Origin: Hydrolagus affinis
Lineage: Eukaryota
Direction: 5' to 3'
NCBI GenBank assembly: GCA_012026655.1
Contig: JAAILG010000636.1
Coordinates: forward strand, 1 to 64,000
DNA: 64,000 nucleotides
Below, piece after piece: positions 25,930 through 39,051 of the stretch (within the stretch, counting starts at the first letter, position 1; each line of letters starts with the position of its first letter). A model generated the notes under the pieces. The model saw only the letters and a list, made by a program, of their open reading frames with translations. It did no database searches and was not told the origin of the DNA. Made by a program: the position numbers and the translations under genes.

Positions 25930-26790
25930 AATAACAACAACTTGCATTTATATAGAACCCTTCACATAGAGTAGCATCTGTGAGCCATTGGCAGTGGCAG
26001 AGTCTGATGCCAAGCCAGTGGGTAGGGAAGGGGGAGATGACTGTAAGCTTGATCAATAGGAAGATCTTTAGGTGAGACTTGAAGATAGGAAGGGAAAAGG
26101 TAAGGTGGAGGGATTGAAGGAAAGAGTTCCAGAGTTTCAGGTGTAGAGGCTGAAAGCATTGATAGTGGGACTGAGGGGATGAGGGACAAACAGTAGGCCA
26201 GAGCCAGCTGACCTGAGGCAGCAGCTTGAGCAGATTGCATAAGTAAGAAGGTATGAGGACAAGAAGGGATTTGAAATGACTAAGAGGATCTAGAAATTGA
26301 TTAGTTTGGTAAATGGGAGCCAGTGTAACCTGGCAAGGACTGTAGTAATCAGAATTTTGTGCAGGTGAGTATTTGGCCAGCGGAGGTTAGGACTAACTTA
26401 ATTTTTGATATGGTGAAGCTGAGAAGGGCATTGGAATAGTCCAGCTGGGAAGTGCTGAATCCATGGATTTTGGTTGGGTTGGATGTGAGGTACAGACTGG
26501 GGCAGGCAATGTGTCGGAGGTGGAAAAAAGCAGTCCTGGTTAGGGAACAGATATGAAGTATAAAGGAAAGCTGGCGATCGAACCTAATGCCTAAGCTGTG
26601 CACAGCTTTGGTGTGTCTGAGGGAGAGTGCAGGAAGGTTGAGGAGTTCAGACCTGCAGGAGAGAGAAGAGGTTGACAGGAACCAAAGAGTATGGCTTCCA
26701 TCTTGCCAAAATTCAACTGCAGAAAATTTTCACCCATCCAGGCGTTGATGTCTGTCAAACAAGCCAAATAACCAAGAAGGCTCTAAAAGA
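25930..26790 (-). mobile_element. Degraded L2 LINE 3' portion
   Basis: Minus translation SLGIRFDRQLSFILHICSLTRTAFFHLRHIA...SQLDYSNALL matches the L2 post-RT motif; tail aacaacaacttgcatttatatag. Confidence 0.85.
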
Positions 26791-26849
26791 ATTGTCTTTG
26801 GATAAATCACAAGATCATAAGATTGGTATGGGGTTGAAGAAGGCCCTTG

Positions 26850-27185
26850 GCTACATCTAATCTCATCTTTCCAGAATGCCCACCCTACCATCGCTGTATC
26901 AATCTGCTTTTTAAATGTGTAGTCACGGCCCGTACCAACTTTCCTGGCTTCCTGTTCCAGTGGTTGATTATCTTGTGTGTAAACAAATATTTCCTGGTGC
27001 ACCACATTGTTTTGATATAGTGATACCTTTGCAAACCCTTCACGTAGAGTAGTGAGCCTTCAGTGATATCTTTGCTGCCTCCTTTGATTCCGCAGTTCTC
27101 ATTAAGTTGATGTTATCTGCCAGTTTAACCATCTTACACTGGGTCTGCAAATCCAGGTCATTAATATAGATGAGGAACAGGATAC
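26850..27185 (-). mobile_element. CR1 LINE reverse-transcriptase fragment
   Basis: Minus translation LFLIYINDLDLQTQCKMVKLADNINL resembles CR1 RT LF.IYINDL...KFADD. Confidence 0.75.
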
Positions 27186-30100
27186 ACCAAGGTCCCATCA
27201 ATTTTTTCCAGTTTCCATCATAGAACTATTTGAAAGAGAAGGGCATTTCGCCTAGTTTTCTGGCCAATAATTCTCCAGTGTTTGGCCTCTGCTATTCTCA
27301 TAAGTTCACCTACCAGGAAAGCAAACTGAAATGGGATCCCTAACCGTTTTGTTACTCCATGGACTCTGATGTCAAGTGTAGTTGCTCAGCTCAGAATAAT
27401 AAAATTCAAATTGATCTGCTTTGGGCAAAAGTAGCATTGGAACTTTGTTTAGTGGAAGCAGAAGTATGTAAGTTATTTACCACTTCACCTACAGTGGTCT
27501 TCTTGATATTGGGATCATCTGGGATTTTGTTTTAATAAGATGAATTGTGTCCAAGCAAATATGTTATACCAATCATATTTTCAGTTGTGAAAAATCGATG
27601 TGACATAAATACTGTGGTAATTTAGGTCCTGAGGAACATCAATACATACATTATATGTTCTCATTGTTATTGTATTGACTACAAATTTAGCATGATAAAC
27701 ATTTCCTCCGATTTAGATTTTGTCAGACACTGTGCAGGAACAACAACAATAAAATTACACTTTTATAGCGCCTTTCACATCAAGGAGGATGTCCCAAGGT
27801 GCTGGGTAGTTTAAACATTAAATAGTTTAATGCATGCAGTTACTATGGCATATTGTGGTTCCATTAAATACCTGTGGCTAATATTCCTATAATTTATTAG
27901 AATAGCTATACACACTTCAATGCTCTGTTGCAAAATGGCAGATCAGTGGTGTGTGTAAAATGTCAATTCTCCTGGCTGCTCCATACATACAAGATAACTG
28001 AACACATCCATATGTTCCCCTGTGACATGTTTTCATAATAGTTTAAATGGAGGTTGGGGGGCACTGTTTTGATAAGTAGTGATGGATGAGGAGGTCAATG
28101 GGGAGGAAAGGAATGTAAGAAGAGGTGGAGGAGAGAGAGACTCGTGTGCCAGAAAGAATGACAAAAGCAGTTGAAAGAAATTGACAGAGCACAGCGAGAA
28201 ATAACAAATGGGAAGCATTGGTTTATTAAAAAAAAAGTTAAGGTTATAAATCCTTTTTTTTTACTGTCACCGTAATAACAATAATAATCTTAGCATTAGA
28301 TAAAGTGGCTTATCATGTTGTTGAGACGTCTCAAAAAACTTCACTGGGGATACTGTAAAGTGGATTGACTGTGTACTTCGTGTACTGTGTCTTTTGTACG
28401 TGAAACATATCAATGGAGGGGTTTTTTCTCCATTTATTTCAAAATCATTTTCAACAGGTTTTTATTTATTTTTCTTTCCAATTTTCACTGTGCCCCTCCT
28501 CCCTTGACAATATTTGACTTCTTATTTTCTTCTTCTGACAGAGCTCAGTTTCCCGGGTACAGGTTTACCTTTGTACCTTGTACATTGGGGCCATTTGTCA
28601 CATGGGAGTCTTGACAGTCTGTAGACTGTCTAACTGGGTGTGGGGGGATATCACAGCCGAGCCCAATTCTGTCTTCATTGCTCATTCGGTACCTTCACAA
28701 TTTGCATCTCCAACGGGGACTGAGAGATAACAATATGGGAGGGGGGAGAAATAAGACAAACTGGGGCTGATTATCCTCCACCTAACCAAGGGCACCGCAG
28801 CCAATTGCATTATGCTTACACTATGCTGGCTGATAGAAGATAACTCTGCAAATACCAATGACTAAATCTTTGATTCACCCAGTCTGCATTGCTCAGCTGC
28901 TCACTCTGCTCAAAGGGTAGATCCTTTCAGTAGATTTTATAAATTGGCCTTTGATTTTGCTCTATAAAATTTAATCCAATGTCTTGGCACTCTGATCTCT
29001 CTGCCCTCAACATTTCTCAGCCAAAAGCTTTTTACTGTGTCACTCTATAGGAAATATAAAAATGCTTTGTCATGAGATCTATAAGTTGAGTGTTTAAATG
29101 CAGTTGTAATTTGCACTGGTGCCAACAATTTCCTTTGTCTGTTTCTTGAAAACTGATTATTTTCCATTCCACCTGTCTCCTTCTCCATTTTTCAGTATTG
29201 AGCAATTTAGGATAACTTTTTTTTTAAAAAAAACTGCTTATATTTCTATATTTCTTTATAGTCCAAAATCTGTGTAAAAATATGTTGCTATTTTTATTGG
29301 ACTATTTGAAGACATTGTTTCTGCAGCAGATTGAACATGGAGGCCAGAAATCGAATAGTTGCTTTGGCATAAACGTTTTAACTATACAGATGGCATCAAT
29401 TGTAAATAATGAAACAAACGTGTTAAAGTTTCCAGTATCAGTGTTAGGTAATGACGACATGGATTAGTTTGAACATGCAATACATTTAGAACTTCAAAAA
29501 ATTAAATGGTACCTTTTATAGAAGGTGAACCCTTGGTCTATGTTGTGTTTTTGAGATTTATAAATTTTATATAGCCACAGGAAACTGCAATAAGAGCAAA
29601 TGCCTCAACCCACTGACTTTGGTGGTTGCTGAGAGACAGAAAAACTCCAGGGATTTGCACTGAGCTACTGTACAAAGCAGAGACCAGAGCAGTTTTCTTA
29701 TCAACCTGTGATTGCTCCAAACAGTTATGATTTAAGCATAGGTACAAACCTCATGGTGACCATAGAGGTCCCGCCACCTCTATAAAAATAGTGCCTAAAT
29801 GCACCTCTTCCCTCAACATTTAATTGAATCCCTTCCTCCCTACAATTATGAGACTGCTTATAACTTCCCATTCACAGAATTCTAACTTCCCCCCAAAGCA
29901 AATCTTTCCCCTGCAGTTTCTACAATTTCGGTCTTTGTTCCTGGGAAACTCAAAGGACAGATTTGTGGGATACAAATTTCAATCTAACCGCTTAACAGTT
30001 TAAGCTATAAAGATGAGGTTCACTGATAAAAGCCTTTCTGAGAATTTGTTGTCATCCTTTCATGATATAATTCCTTTTGTCTTGCCATGACTGCATCAAG

Positions 30101-30314
30101 CTAATTCATAAATTAGACTAGTTTCCTGGTCTTAACCATCTTTCCTGGTAATCCATTCCAGCTGTTAATTACGTGCTCTGAAAAGAAATACTTCCTGGTG
30201 TCTGAGCTAACTTTACCCTTTACAGGTAAAGGGTACAGGCAATTTTCTCTATCCATTTAAGGATCTTATAATCCTATAAGGTCCCAATTGAGACATCTCT
30301 ATAATAATAGTGAT

Positions 30315-30612
30315 AATAATAGTAATAATCCTTGCATTTGATATACTGTAGAGCTTTTCACGTCTTCCAGGCGTCTCAAAGTGCTTCACAGAATTAACTG
30401 TAATTGACTGTACATTTGTGGGTAAAACGAGGCAGCCAATTGCGCACAATAGTGTCTCACAAACAGTCATGGATTGAAATGACCACATTTTTTTGAAGGA
30501 TTATTATTAGATGTGTGGAGTAAGGAAACTTGCCCAAGGTTTCACCCTGCCTGGAATTGACCCCAAGTCTCTCACTTGTAAGGCAAGTGCTCTAACCACT
30601 GAGCTGCAGGAC
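30315..30612 (-). mobile_element. Full-length short-form tRNA SINE
   Basis: Reverse complement of the 46910-47212 copy, with (ATT)n tail and tRNA head cctgcagctcagtggttagagcacttgcc. Confidence 0.9.
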
Positions 30613-33600
30613 TCCACTATTTCACTATTTCAGACTCTACTATTTCAGACTGATAAGCTCCAATTTATAATATTCCTTGCATTTGAGAAAACACCTTTTT
30701 GACCTAATTCTCTTCATGACTACCCTCCACTTAACTTAGTTTTCAGACTTGATGTATACTGATATTAGTTTTTATTAAAATACGTCATGGTAAATTTATT
30801 TATTCTTTATTGTTACTTCTTGAAATAATGCCTGACTGAAGACTAGCGGTCGTAATTGTTCCCTAAACTTTTCTATACCAGTTATCTCGTGAAGCTATTC
30901 TACCTTCAAGACATAAATCAATGTTACTAAATTCTTTCTGTGTGAACTCATCTTAAGAAGCTCACTGAAAAACAGCTCTTGTCCACAGCTGCTAGAAGTT
31001 GATTCTATTTGATATGTAAGTGTGATAGAAATTTGCAGATTAAGAATCATAAAATGGAACTTTAATCTTGCTGTTCTGTTTGGTGAATGTCATTTTGCAA
31101 TTTAAAAAAAACATTAAATGAAAGGACTGCTAATTCAAAGAGGCATTCCCATCTGTTGAAGTGCTTTGTTAGATAGCAAAGCAGTGGGATTCCTCTTGAA
31201 GCTAAATTTAGTTTCTTTGACGATATGCACGCGAATAATGTAATAGTAATAATCCTTACATTTCATATATTGCCTTATCACATTATCAAAATGTTTCAAA
31301 ATGTATCATAGGATTTACTGTGGAGGGGAGTCTGGAGGCAAATATTATGCCTCAAAATTGGTCATGTGCGATACATGTTACTCAGTTCTCTCAAAGAAAT
31401 ATTATCAATAATAACAATACTTTCCATTTGATTTAACACTTTTCATATCAGGATACCTCAAAATGCTTCATAGGATTTACTGTAAAGAGTGTTGCATTTC
31501 AGAGAGGAATAAAGCAGCCAATTTACACACAGTCTTGTGCCACAAATAGTTATGAAGTCAATAAACATTTGTTTTCATCTGGTGTATTATTGGCCTGGAT
31601 ACCAGGAGAAAATAATACCTGGGATTATTGACCTCCAGTTAACATCTAATCCAAAGGACAGCACCTCAAACAGTGCAATTGCTTCTCCAGCACTGCTTCA
31701 ATGATCGTCTTCAGCTGACGATATTTTCTTTTTGCTGTTGTAACTTTGGCTTAAAGTCTCATCCAAAAGATGGCATCTCCAATAATACAGAGCTCCCCCA
31801 GCACTGGAGTGGTGTGTCAGCCTCTCTCGTAGGAACACCTATAAATGCACGAAAGTGACATTTCCACTTTGCACACCATCCATCCTTTGGGCCTCTCCAA
31901 GGAAGACTGCCAATTAGTGTGGAATTATGAGCCTGTTTTTTTTTCTTTATAGTATAATTTATACAGACACATTTGATAATGGGTCCTGTTTAATGTCATA
32001 TCACAAATTGCCTTAATTTAACAAAGAAATAACCCTAAATCAAGTTTAGGTGTGAACAGCCCTTTTATAACCTTATTAATATATATATTGGAATACATTA
32101 GCTTATAAATAGCCCTGACCTTTTGAGGTAATACTTTCATTTTTTCTCACCTGTCTTGCAACATTTGTACACTACTTTATATTCTTTATTCTGTTTCCTG
32201 CTGTATTTTTCTTCTGATTTCTATTTTCACTTGTCTGTATCATTCAGTTACCTCTCGTCATTGTTTTGTAAACTAATGTAACATGGTTTAAAAAAACACA
32301 CTCCACTCTATTCATTGACTCAAAAGTGGCACATTAAAGTGCTGACGCACTAGACTATAACATAGTGTGATATGGATTTCTTCCTTCCTCCAAATTTCAA
32401 TGCCTGCTGAATAACATATGTGTTTGCAGAACAATAGAGTCCTTGCATTAATGTTCAAAGTTAGTCAATATAGCATAAAGGCAGTAGGTTAATAAGCTAC
32501 TTTCCTATGGTCAGGTCAGCACAGTACAGTGGTGTTTAAAATCCTTTATCAAGAGTGGTGGAATATGGTTTTATGCCTACGATTAATAATTATTCTTGTA
32601 TTATATACATCACTTTTCACTTGAAGACATCTCAAACTGCCTCACCTGATTTACTTTAAAGTACAGTGACTGTATTTTGTAGGTAAATGTATTCAACATA
32701 AGTCCTTCTCCGCACACTTTCAACCTTCACACAGGTCATCCAGCCAATGTTTTAGCCAGGGGAAAGTGTATCTACCTCGAGGAATTGAAAGATTGGAAAA
32801 GTATCTGAGATAACTTTCAAACTGTTACCTCTTTTACAACTTGTAGATTCCTGGTAAAGGTGCACTGTTTAGCAGAACATTTTGGAAATCCGCAATTGGG
32901 ACTTCTTTATGCAATGAGCTGAATAAACTGTCTGGGCATCTATTGGCACTTTGTGACCATGTTGTACCATGTTTATTGTTATACTCTAAGCCGAATTTGT
33001 AAGAAATGCATTGGTATTTTTTGTTCAAGCAGTTTATTTCTTGGAAGAATAAGCATGTCACTCAAGCAAGTACTGCCACGTGAAAAAGACAAGGTTCCTC
33101 TATTTAAGTTATTCTTTTCAATTGCCATAGTGCAAGAGATATCACTTTTATTCCACCATGAAATGTAGTCTTGTGCGTATTAATATATCATAAGTCAAAT
33201 CAGAGACATCTCGCCATGCACAATTCATGAGTGTCTCAGTTTCACTGACATCTTTGAGCATCAGGATGAGAGAAGATGCATGAAGCTGTGGCAGCACCAT
33301 AGTAATAAACAGTTCTTCAAATTAATATGGCTTGAGCAGAAGCTTTAGTTATAGAGAACCTATGGCCTGAGCGCTTACACGGTTTAAATGTTAAGCATGT
33401 TAAGTACACAGTATGGAAAACATCCACTCGTATCGATAATTCTGTGGTACAAGACTTGGGTTGTTTAAAGTAACAATTGACGTCTATTAAACTATGCAGT
33501 AGAGAGGATTTGGAAAAATGTATGTCTTCCGAACATATATACAAGGCTTTATAGAAATGTTTCCATAGGATATCTTGAATAATTTGCTGTGATTAAAAAA

Positions 33601-35989
33601 AATTACAGTGGCAAATCAAAATTTAAAAAAATACATTTTAGGAACTTAATTGGGGGTATTTTAAATGTAAACTGAGTCTTACATTGAGGTTGGTGCACTA
33701 TTTTTGACTGACCCCATTTCACTCTATTTTCAGTATTTTAGAAATGTACTTGTTGGGAAACATATAGAAAATATACTCAATTTATAGTTTCCTTTCGTGA
33801 AAACCATTCATCAAGATTTCAACTTTTACCATTCTTCTGGAATGTTTGCTATTGTTTTCATCACTATTTATACCTGAAAATCTCTGAGATAACATTTAGC
33901 CTGGGTTGTGATGACCAAATAAATGAAATCCCTTGGGTTTGTTGTGAGGCCTGCTCCCAGTCAGTTTATGTGCTGAGAGGTCTTAAATTAAATTATTTGC
34001 CAGACTCGTGTGCTGACTTCCAATTAACAGTTTAAATCAGCAGGACATTCACCTCAGGCATTTTGACCAATTTAATGTGTATCTCAGTCCAAAACCAAAC
34101 TGCAGAAAGAGGTACAACATGTACTCCAATCCCCAGTTGGAGTAAACAATACCCCTCCATCATTCATATTCCTGCAAGTTTATCACAAATCCATGTGTTA
34201 CACATTGAGTAGTGTACTTAACCTAATAAACCATTGGGGTGCTCTCAGAGACATCTATGAACATGGTAATGACCTCAGAGCAATAGGTTGTTCGTTTGTT
34301 TGTAGGACGCTGCTGGTAAAGATTAGCTGCTGAGTTTGCGTACACAGCAACATTGACTTTCACTTCTAATCAGTCATATTATGTGAAGCTATTTGCGACT
34401 TTTATTTTTAAAAATATTTAAATACGATTTGTTGTAGTTTAATAAATGACACAAAATTCAGTAGCAAGAGGGAACAGAATAGCAGCTATGAATATCTCTT
34501 ATTGTACATTGGAGAACTGATGTCTTATTAATTGCATTATTATTGAAACTGATATAAGGTTTGATATTACGTTCAGCATTGCTGGAAAATGATGCCTGAT
34601 TGTGAGAAGTACTGTAATTTAGTCTTTGGGATGAAAGAGACGTACAGGAGTCCATTTTTGAGAGTCAATATAAAGAAAAATGTGTAAAGTATTATTATGT
34701 TTCATTTGTAAATTTGTAAATGGTCTCATGATATAATTGTCTGTAAACTTCACAAATGCAATCAAATAACCTGTGCTGTAAAATCAATCTCAGTCATGGT
34801 CGCATTTATCTGTACAAACACTTCCAGTAAAACAGTATGATTGTATAATGGTAATCTAAATCATAGAAGACAAGAGAGAGTGCTTATGGGATCAGTTAGA
34901 GAGATTGTTGAGGTGAAATAGTTCTCATTAAGTGTTCAAAACCAAAACATTGACCTATGACATATTATTACTTTCAGAAGAAGCCAGTGATCTTCAATTG
35001 TGCAATATTATTTATCAATAATAAACTTACGTAAGATTTTTTCTTCAATTGTTCAGATTTGACACTCAAAATAGAAAGCTTAATAGCAACCTGGGTTGGT
35101 ACTGAGGAAATTTGGATTTGCTTAGTTCTTTAGTCTAGATCTTAGTTTATCATGAGAGAATGTCATTGGACTTGCATTTCATTTTTAACAAGTCCTGATA
35201 TACCTTCTCATTAGGGGAGTTCATATGGCCCCTCTCCAGTCTATTAATTTATTCCTTTAGCTCCTCAGTTTATCCATCTTTTAGGATATGGTGCTGCTAA
35301 TGACTCTGCTTCTAATTATTGCCTTGAAAGACTCCCATAGGACAGTAGCTGATTTAGCATAACCCTTGTTCAAATGGATGAAGTCATCTACTTCACTATT
35401 TATGAGATGAACAAAATTGTTGTGAATTTAATGAAATATTATAAAATTGTCACTTCAAGACCTGATTCCAGTTTTTATGGATAAGTACATGGCCTCAGAT
35501 AACAATAATTTGAATTGCAGCATCTCAATATGCTTCAAGATTACACAGATACATTCTGTAGTGTGTGCAGTGTCTTTTTGAAGCATAAATCTATTGCTGG
35601 GTGTTCACACAAAACATTCACACCTCTCAGAGCCTCTCATAGCACAATTTCTAACTGGATCTGTTAAAAAAATGTTCAAATTCATCCCTCCAACCCACAC
35701 CCCCTACCCACGAAAGATTTTAGGGTAAACCTATATAACAATATGAATGAAAATGGAAAGAAGAACAAATCTTAGTAGTTACAAATATATCTTGGAGGAT
35801 TTATATGTTCTAAACTCCAATTTCATTGATAAAGTTAACTTCAAGCCAAATTAAATTACTTTTTAGTAATACAAAAAATTCCTTGCAGCTTCCGAAATGG
35901 ATGATGGAAGCAGGAGGAAAGAAGAAATCAATTTTAAAGCTATTTTATTATTATTATAGGTATAAAAGGTGGAGGTTACAAGAATGTTT

Positions 35990-36525
35990 CCCTGATTCAC
36001 GCCTTCATCACATCCTGGCTCGACTACACCAACGCTCTGCTTGTCGGCCTTCGCAATTCACAATTTCTCCCTCCATAGACTGCAGATAATCCAGAACTCT
36101 GCGGCCCGTGTCCTCTACTGCTCCGAGCTTTGTGACCTCATCTCCCCCATCCTTGCCTGACTCCATTGGCTTCCCATCACCCAGAGGATTCAATTCAAGA
36201 TCCTGGTCCTCACCTTCAAAGCCCTCCATGGATTCACCCCACACTACCTCTGTGACCTCCTAACCCCTTACCAACCTGCCCTCTCCCTCCAACCTCTGGA
36301 ACTCCATCCCACAGTCCCTCCACCTCATCCCTTCCCTAGCCTCTTTCAAGTCCTGCCTCAACACCCTTAACTTTGACCGTCCCATTGGTCATCCCAATTC
36401 CCCCATTCTCCCTCCACCCTCCCTGTTTCCGACCACACCTTGGGTCTGAAACAATGATTGTCCAGTGCTTTGGGACATCCTCCTGAAGTGAAAGGGCTAT
36501 ACAAGTGTAATATTGTTGTTTTTTC
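35990..36525 (+). mobile_element. L2 LINE 3' end
   Basis: DYTNALLVGL...LHRLQIIQNSAARVL...ISPILA*LHWLPITQRIQFKILVLTFKALHG; tail agtgctttgggacatcctcctgaagtgaaagggctatacaagtgtaatattgttgtt. Confidence 0.92.
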
Positions 36526-38049
36526 TGGCACACAAAAGATTTTAGAATGCAGTACTGCAAGTGTCAACTGAGGTGGACTCAGTTACCTAATGTAAAAAGG
36601 GAATTAGACACCTGAAGAATACGAAGATCAAACAATATAGGGAAGGAAGAGAGAAAATACATTGAAGGAGATTTCTGCAGAAGGGCAGCTAGTGCAGGCA
36701 AGATGGTTGAATGACCTCCTGTGCTAAAATTTCTATGATTCTCTGAAATAGGCAAAAGATAGGAGACAAGGACAGTGAAGAGATATTGATTGAAAATAGT
36801 AAAAGACGGAGTAGGAGGAAGAGAAAATCAAATGGAAAGGTGACAATCGGGATAACAGATAATATTTTTAAAACTATTGTTTTTAGTTAAAAGTGTTTGT
36901 TATTTATTTAACTGGAATCAGGATAATATTAAAATAATAATAATGCCATAAAGTTGCTGTTCTGATATTTGGGTAGCTATAATGCTGTGAGCTGCAAATA
37001 GAGTGTTGTCTTGGTAGAACCTCAGGTAGTCTCAGCGTTAATGTTTTATTACTATGGATATGGTTGGGCAGTTCTAGAATAAAGTCACTTTGATTTAAAG
37101 GCTTTCAGTGTGATCTGTTCATCCTTTGAACGTCTCATGAATTTGACATGCAGTGCGACATCTTTGGTACCAAAAATGGAGCAACATAGCAATGAGGTGG
37201 AATAGAATAACTTCTTCCACATGATAAAAGGAAAATACTTATACAGTTGCGAGTACCCAAATTTACACATGTTGCTGAACATCAAGAAATGGAGGAAAGA
37301 AAAATAACATAAGGCAAGTATTGGCTGCAATTCTCTCAAACGTAGGGAATGACTCGAGAAGTCAGGCAAAGGACTCCAGCAAATGTAGTAATCTCAGGCT
37401 AAGTATCAATGTGGCTGGACTAAGATTCAACACTAAATTACAATAAATCAGCTGTAACAAGGCCAGAAGAATTCTTAGCAGCAAGATTAGCCTGAAACTC
37501 AGGAGCAAATAAAACATATCCAGACAGAGATTAGAGTGTTAATGCAGCAGATGTAAACTGAGAAGTATTTGAAAATAAGTCAATGTCATGAGTGTATTAG
37601 AGAAATTACATATGTGTCGACAACCTGTCGACAAAAACAGATGACTTGCTAACCACATTTGATAAGTCTTTTGCTGGGCTGGAGAAAACACATGAATTAT
37701 ATGATGAGTTACAGATGAAAATGGATGATCAGAGGCAGTAGAAGGAAAGACAGAAATATTGGAATTGAAAATGCTTTGAACGTGAACTGGAATGGTCCAC
37801 CAATGAGCAGCACAATAGCCAGAATGAAAATCTTCAACTCTACTCATCTGAAAAAAAGGATACTGAAAGCTCCTGGATAATAGTGATGCCCAAAATGCAC
37901 ATAATCCAGTAATTTAGCTTGAAATTTTTTATGTCATTTAATAAAAAAATTCTGCCTTATTCTGAAAGGTTGATATCAAGACTGAAGGATCTCTTCATCT
38001 GTACTTCTCTTGTGATCCTGTGTTTAAAGGAATACTAAGCAGTCAATAT

Positions 38050-38420
38050 AATAATAATACTTACATCTGCATCACAGAATATACTGTAAAGTGGATTCAT
38101 TGTGTATTTTGTGAGTGAAACACAGCAGCTAGTTGCACACAACAATGTCCCACTGTGTGAGTGATCAATTTTATTTGGGGAATTGTTGGCCAGGATGCCA
38201 GGAGAAACTGCCTACTCTTTCTGAATAGTGCCATGGAATCTTTAACATCCACCTGATCAGACAGATGGAACCTTAGTTTAATGTCTCATTTGCAGGATGG
38301 CACTTCCATAAAGCAAAACATCCTCAGGCTATATTGGAGGATCATCTTAGACAATGTGTTTCCATGTCCCAATGTGAATCTTGAACCCATGAACTTCTAA
38401 CACAGAGGTGAGATTGCAAC
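38050..38420 (-). mobile_element. DeuSINE, second family
   Basis: Reverse complement of the 50290-50670 type: gttggccaggatgccagg...gtgccatggaatctttaacatccacctga...ttgaacccatgaacttct. Confidence 0.8.
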
Positions 38421-39036
38421 ATGACATGGCACACGTGAAAAATAGATTTCATTTTAAGCTATCTACATATGATGAAACAAGGTTTTGCTTGGACTACAAA
38501 GCCTGAAATGAAAGTTAAGTGATGTTAAGTGATGAATTCAGAGACCTGGCATGATAAATGATAACATTTTGGGGCCTCAGTCTTGGAAAGGATTTTTGCA
38601 TCACAAAACTAAGCCGAGATTTACAGAATTCAATATGGAGCAAGATAGTCGATTGATGAGAAGACAAAACATCTGGTGTTCTCGGTTCTTACCATAAATG
38701 TGGATGAAACAATGAACCAAAATAATCAATTCCAAAAGAGAAAAGGTGTAGAAAGTGATGAAACAGTTACGCACAAACCCTCATTCATGGTTCTGGGTAA
38801 CTCTAGCAGGAGTATTGCCACTGTTGGAGGCAAAACCCATTAACATAAAACGTAAGGAATGAAGAACAGCAAAGGCCATTCAGCCCATCTTGCAGTTCAA
38901 GTTCATATATTGAATTCAATCAGCTAATTTTCATTTGCTTGGCTAGTCTTGTTGGCAAACATGTACCCCAGCTCTCTTTGAGTCTCAGATGCGAGCATTT
39001 TTGGAATACTGTACTTCAATCAAGTCTACATTCATT

Positions 39037-39051
39037 GCACTAGGTGGCAGC
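39037..39051 (+). promoter_or_regulatory. Possible CTCF site
   Basis: gcactaggtggcagc versus core consensus CCASYAGRKGGCRS (one mismatch); motif match only. Confidence 0.3.

Noticed and set aside
30828-30865. Possible second hammerhead-like relic (cctgactgaagactagcggtcgtaattg)
   Set aside because: Too degenerate: no GAAAC box and no convincing stems.
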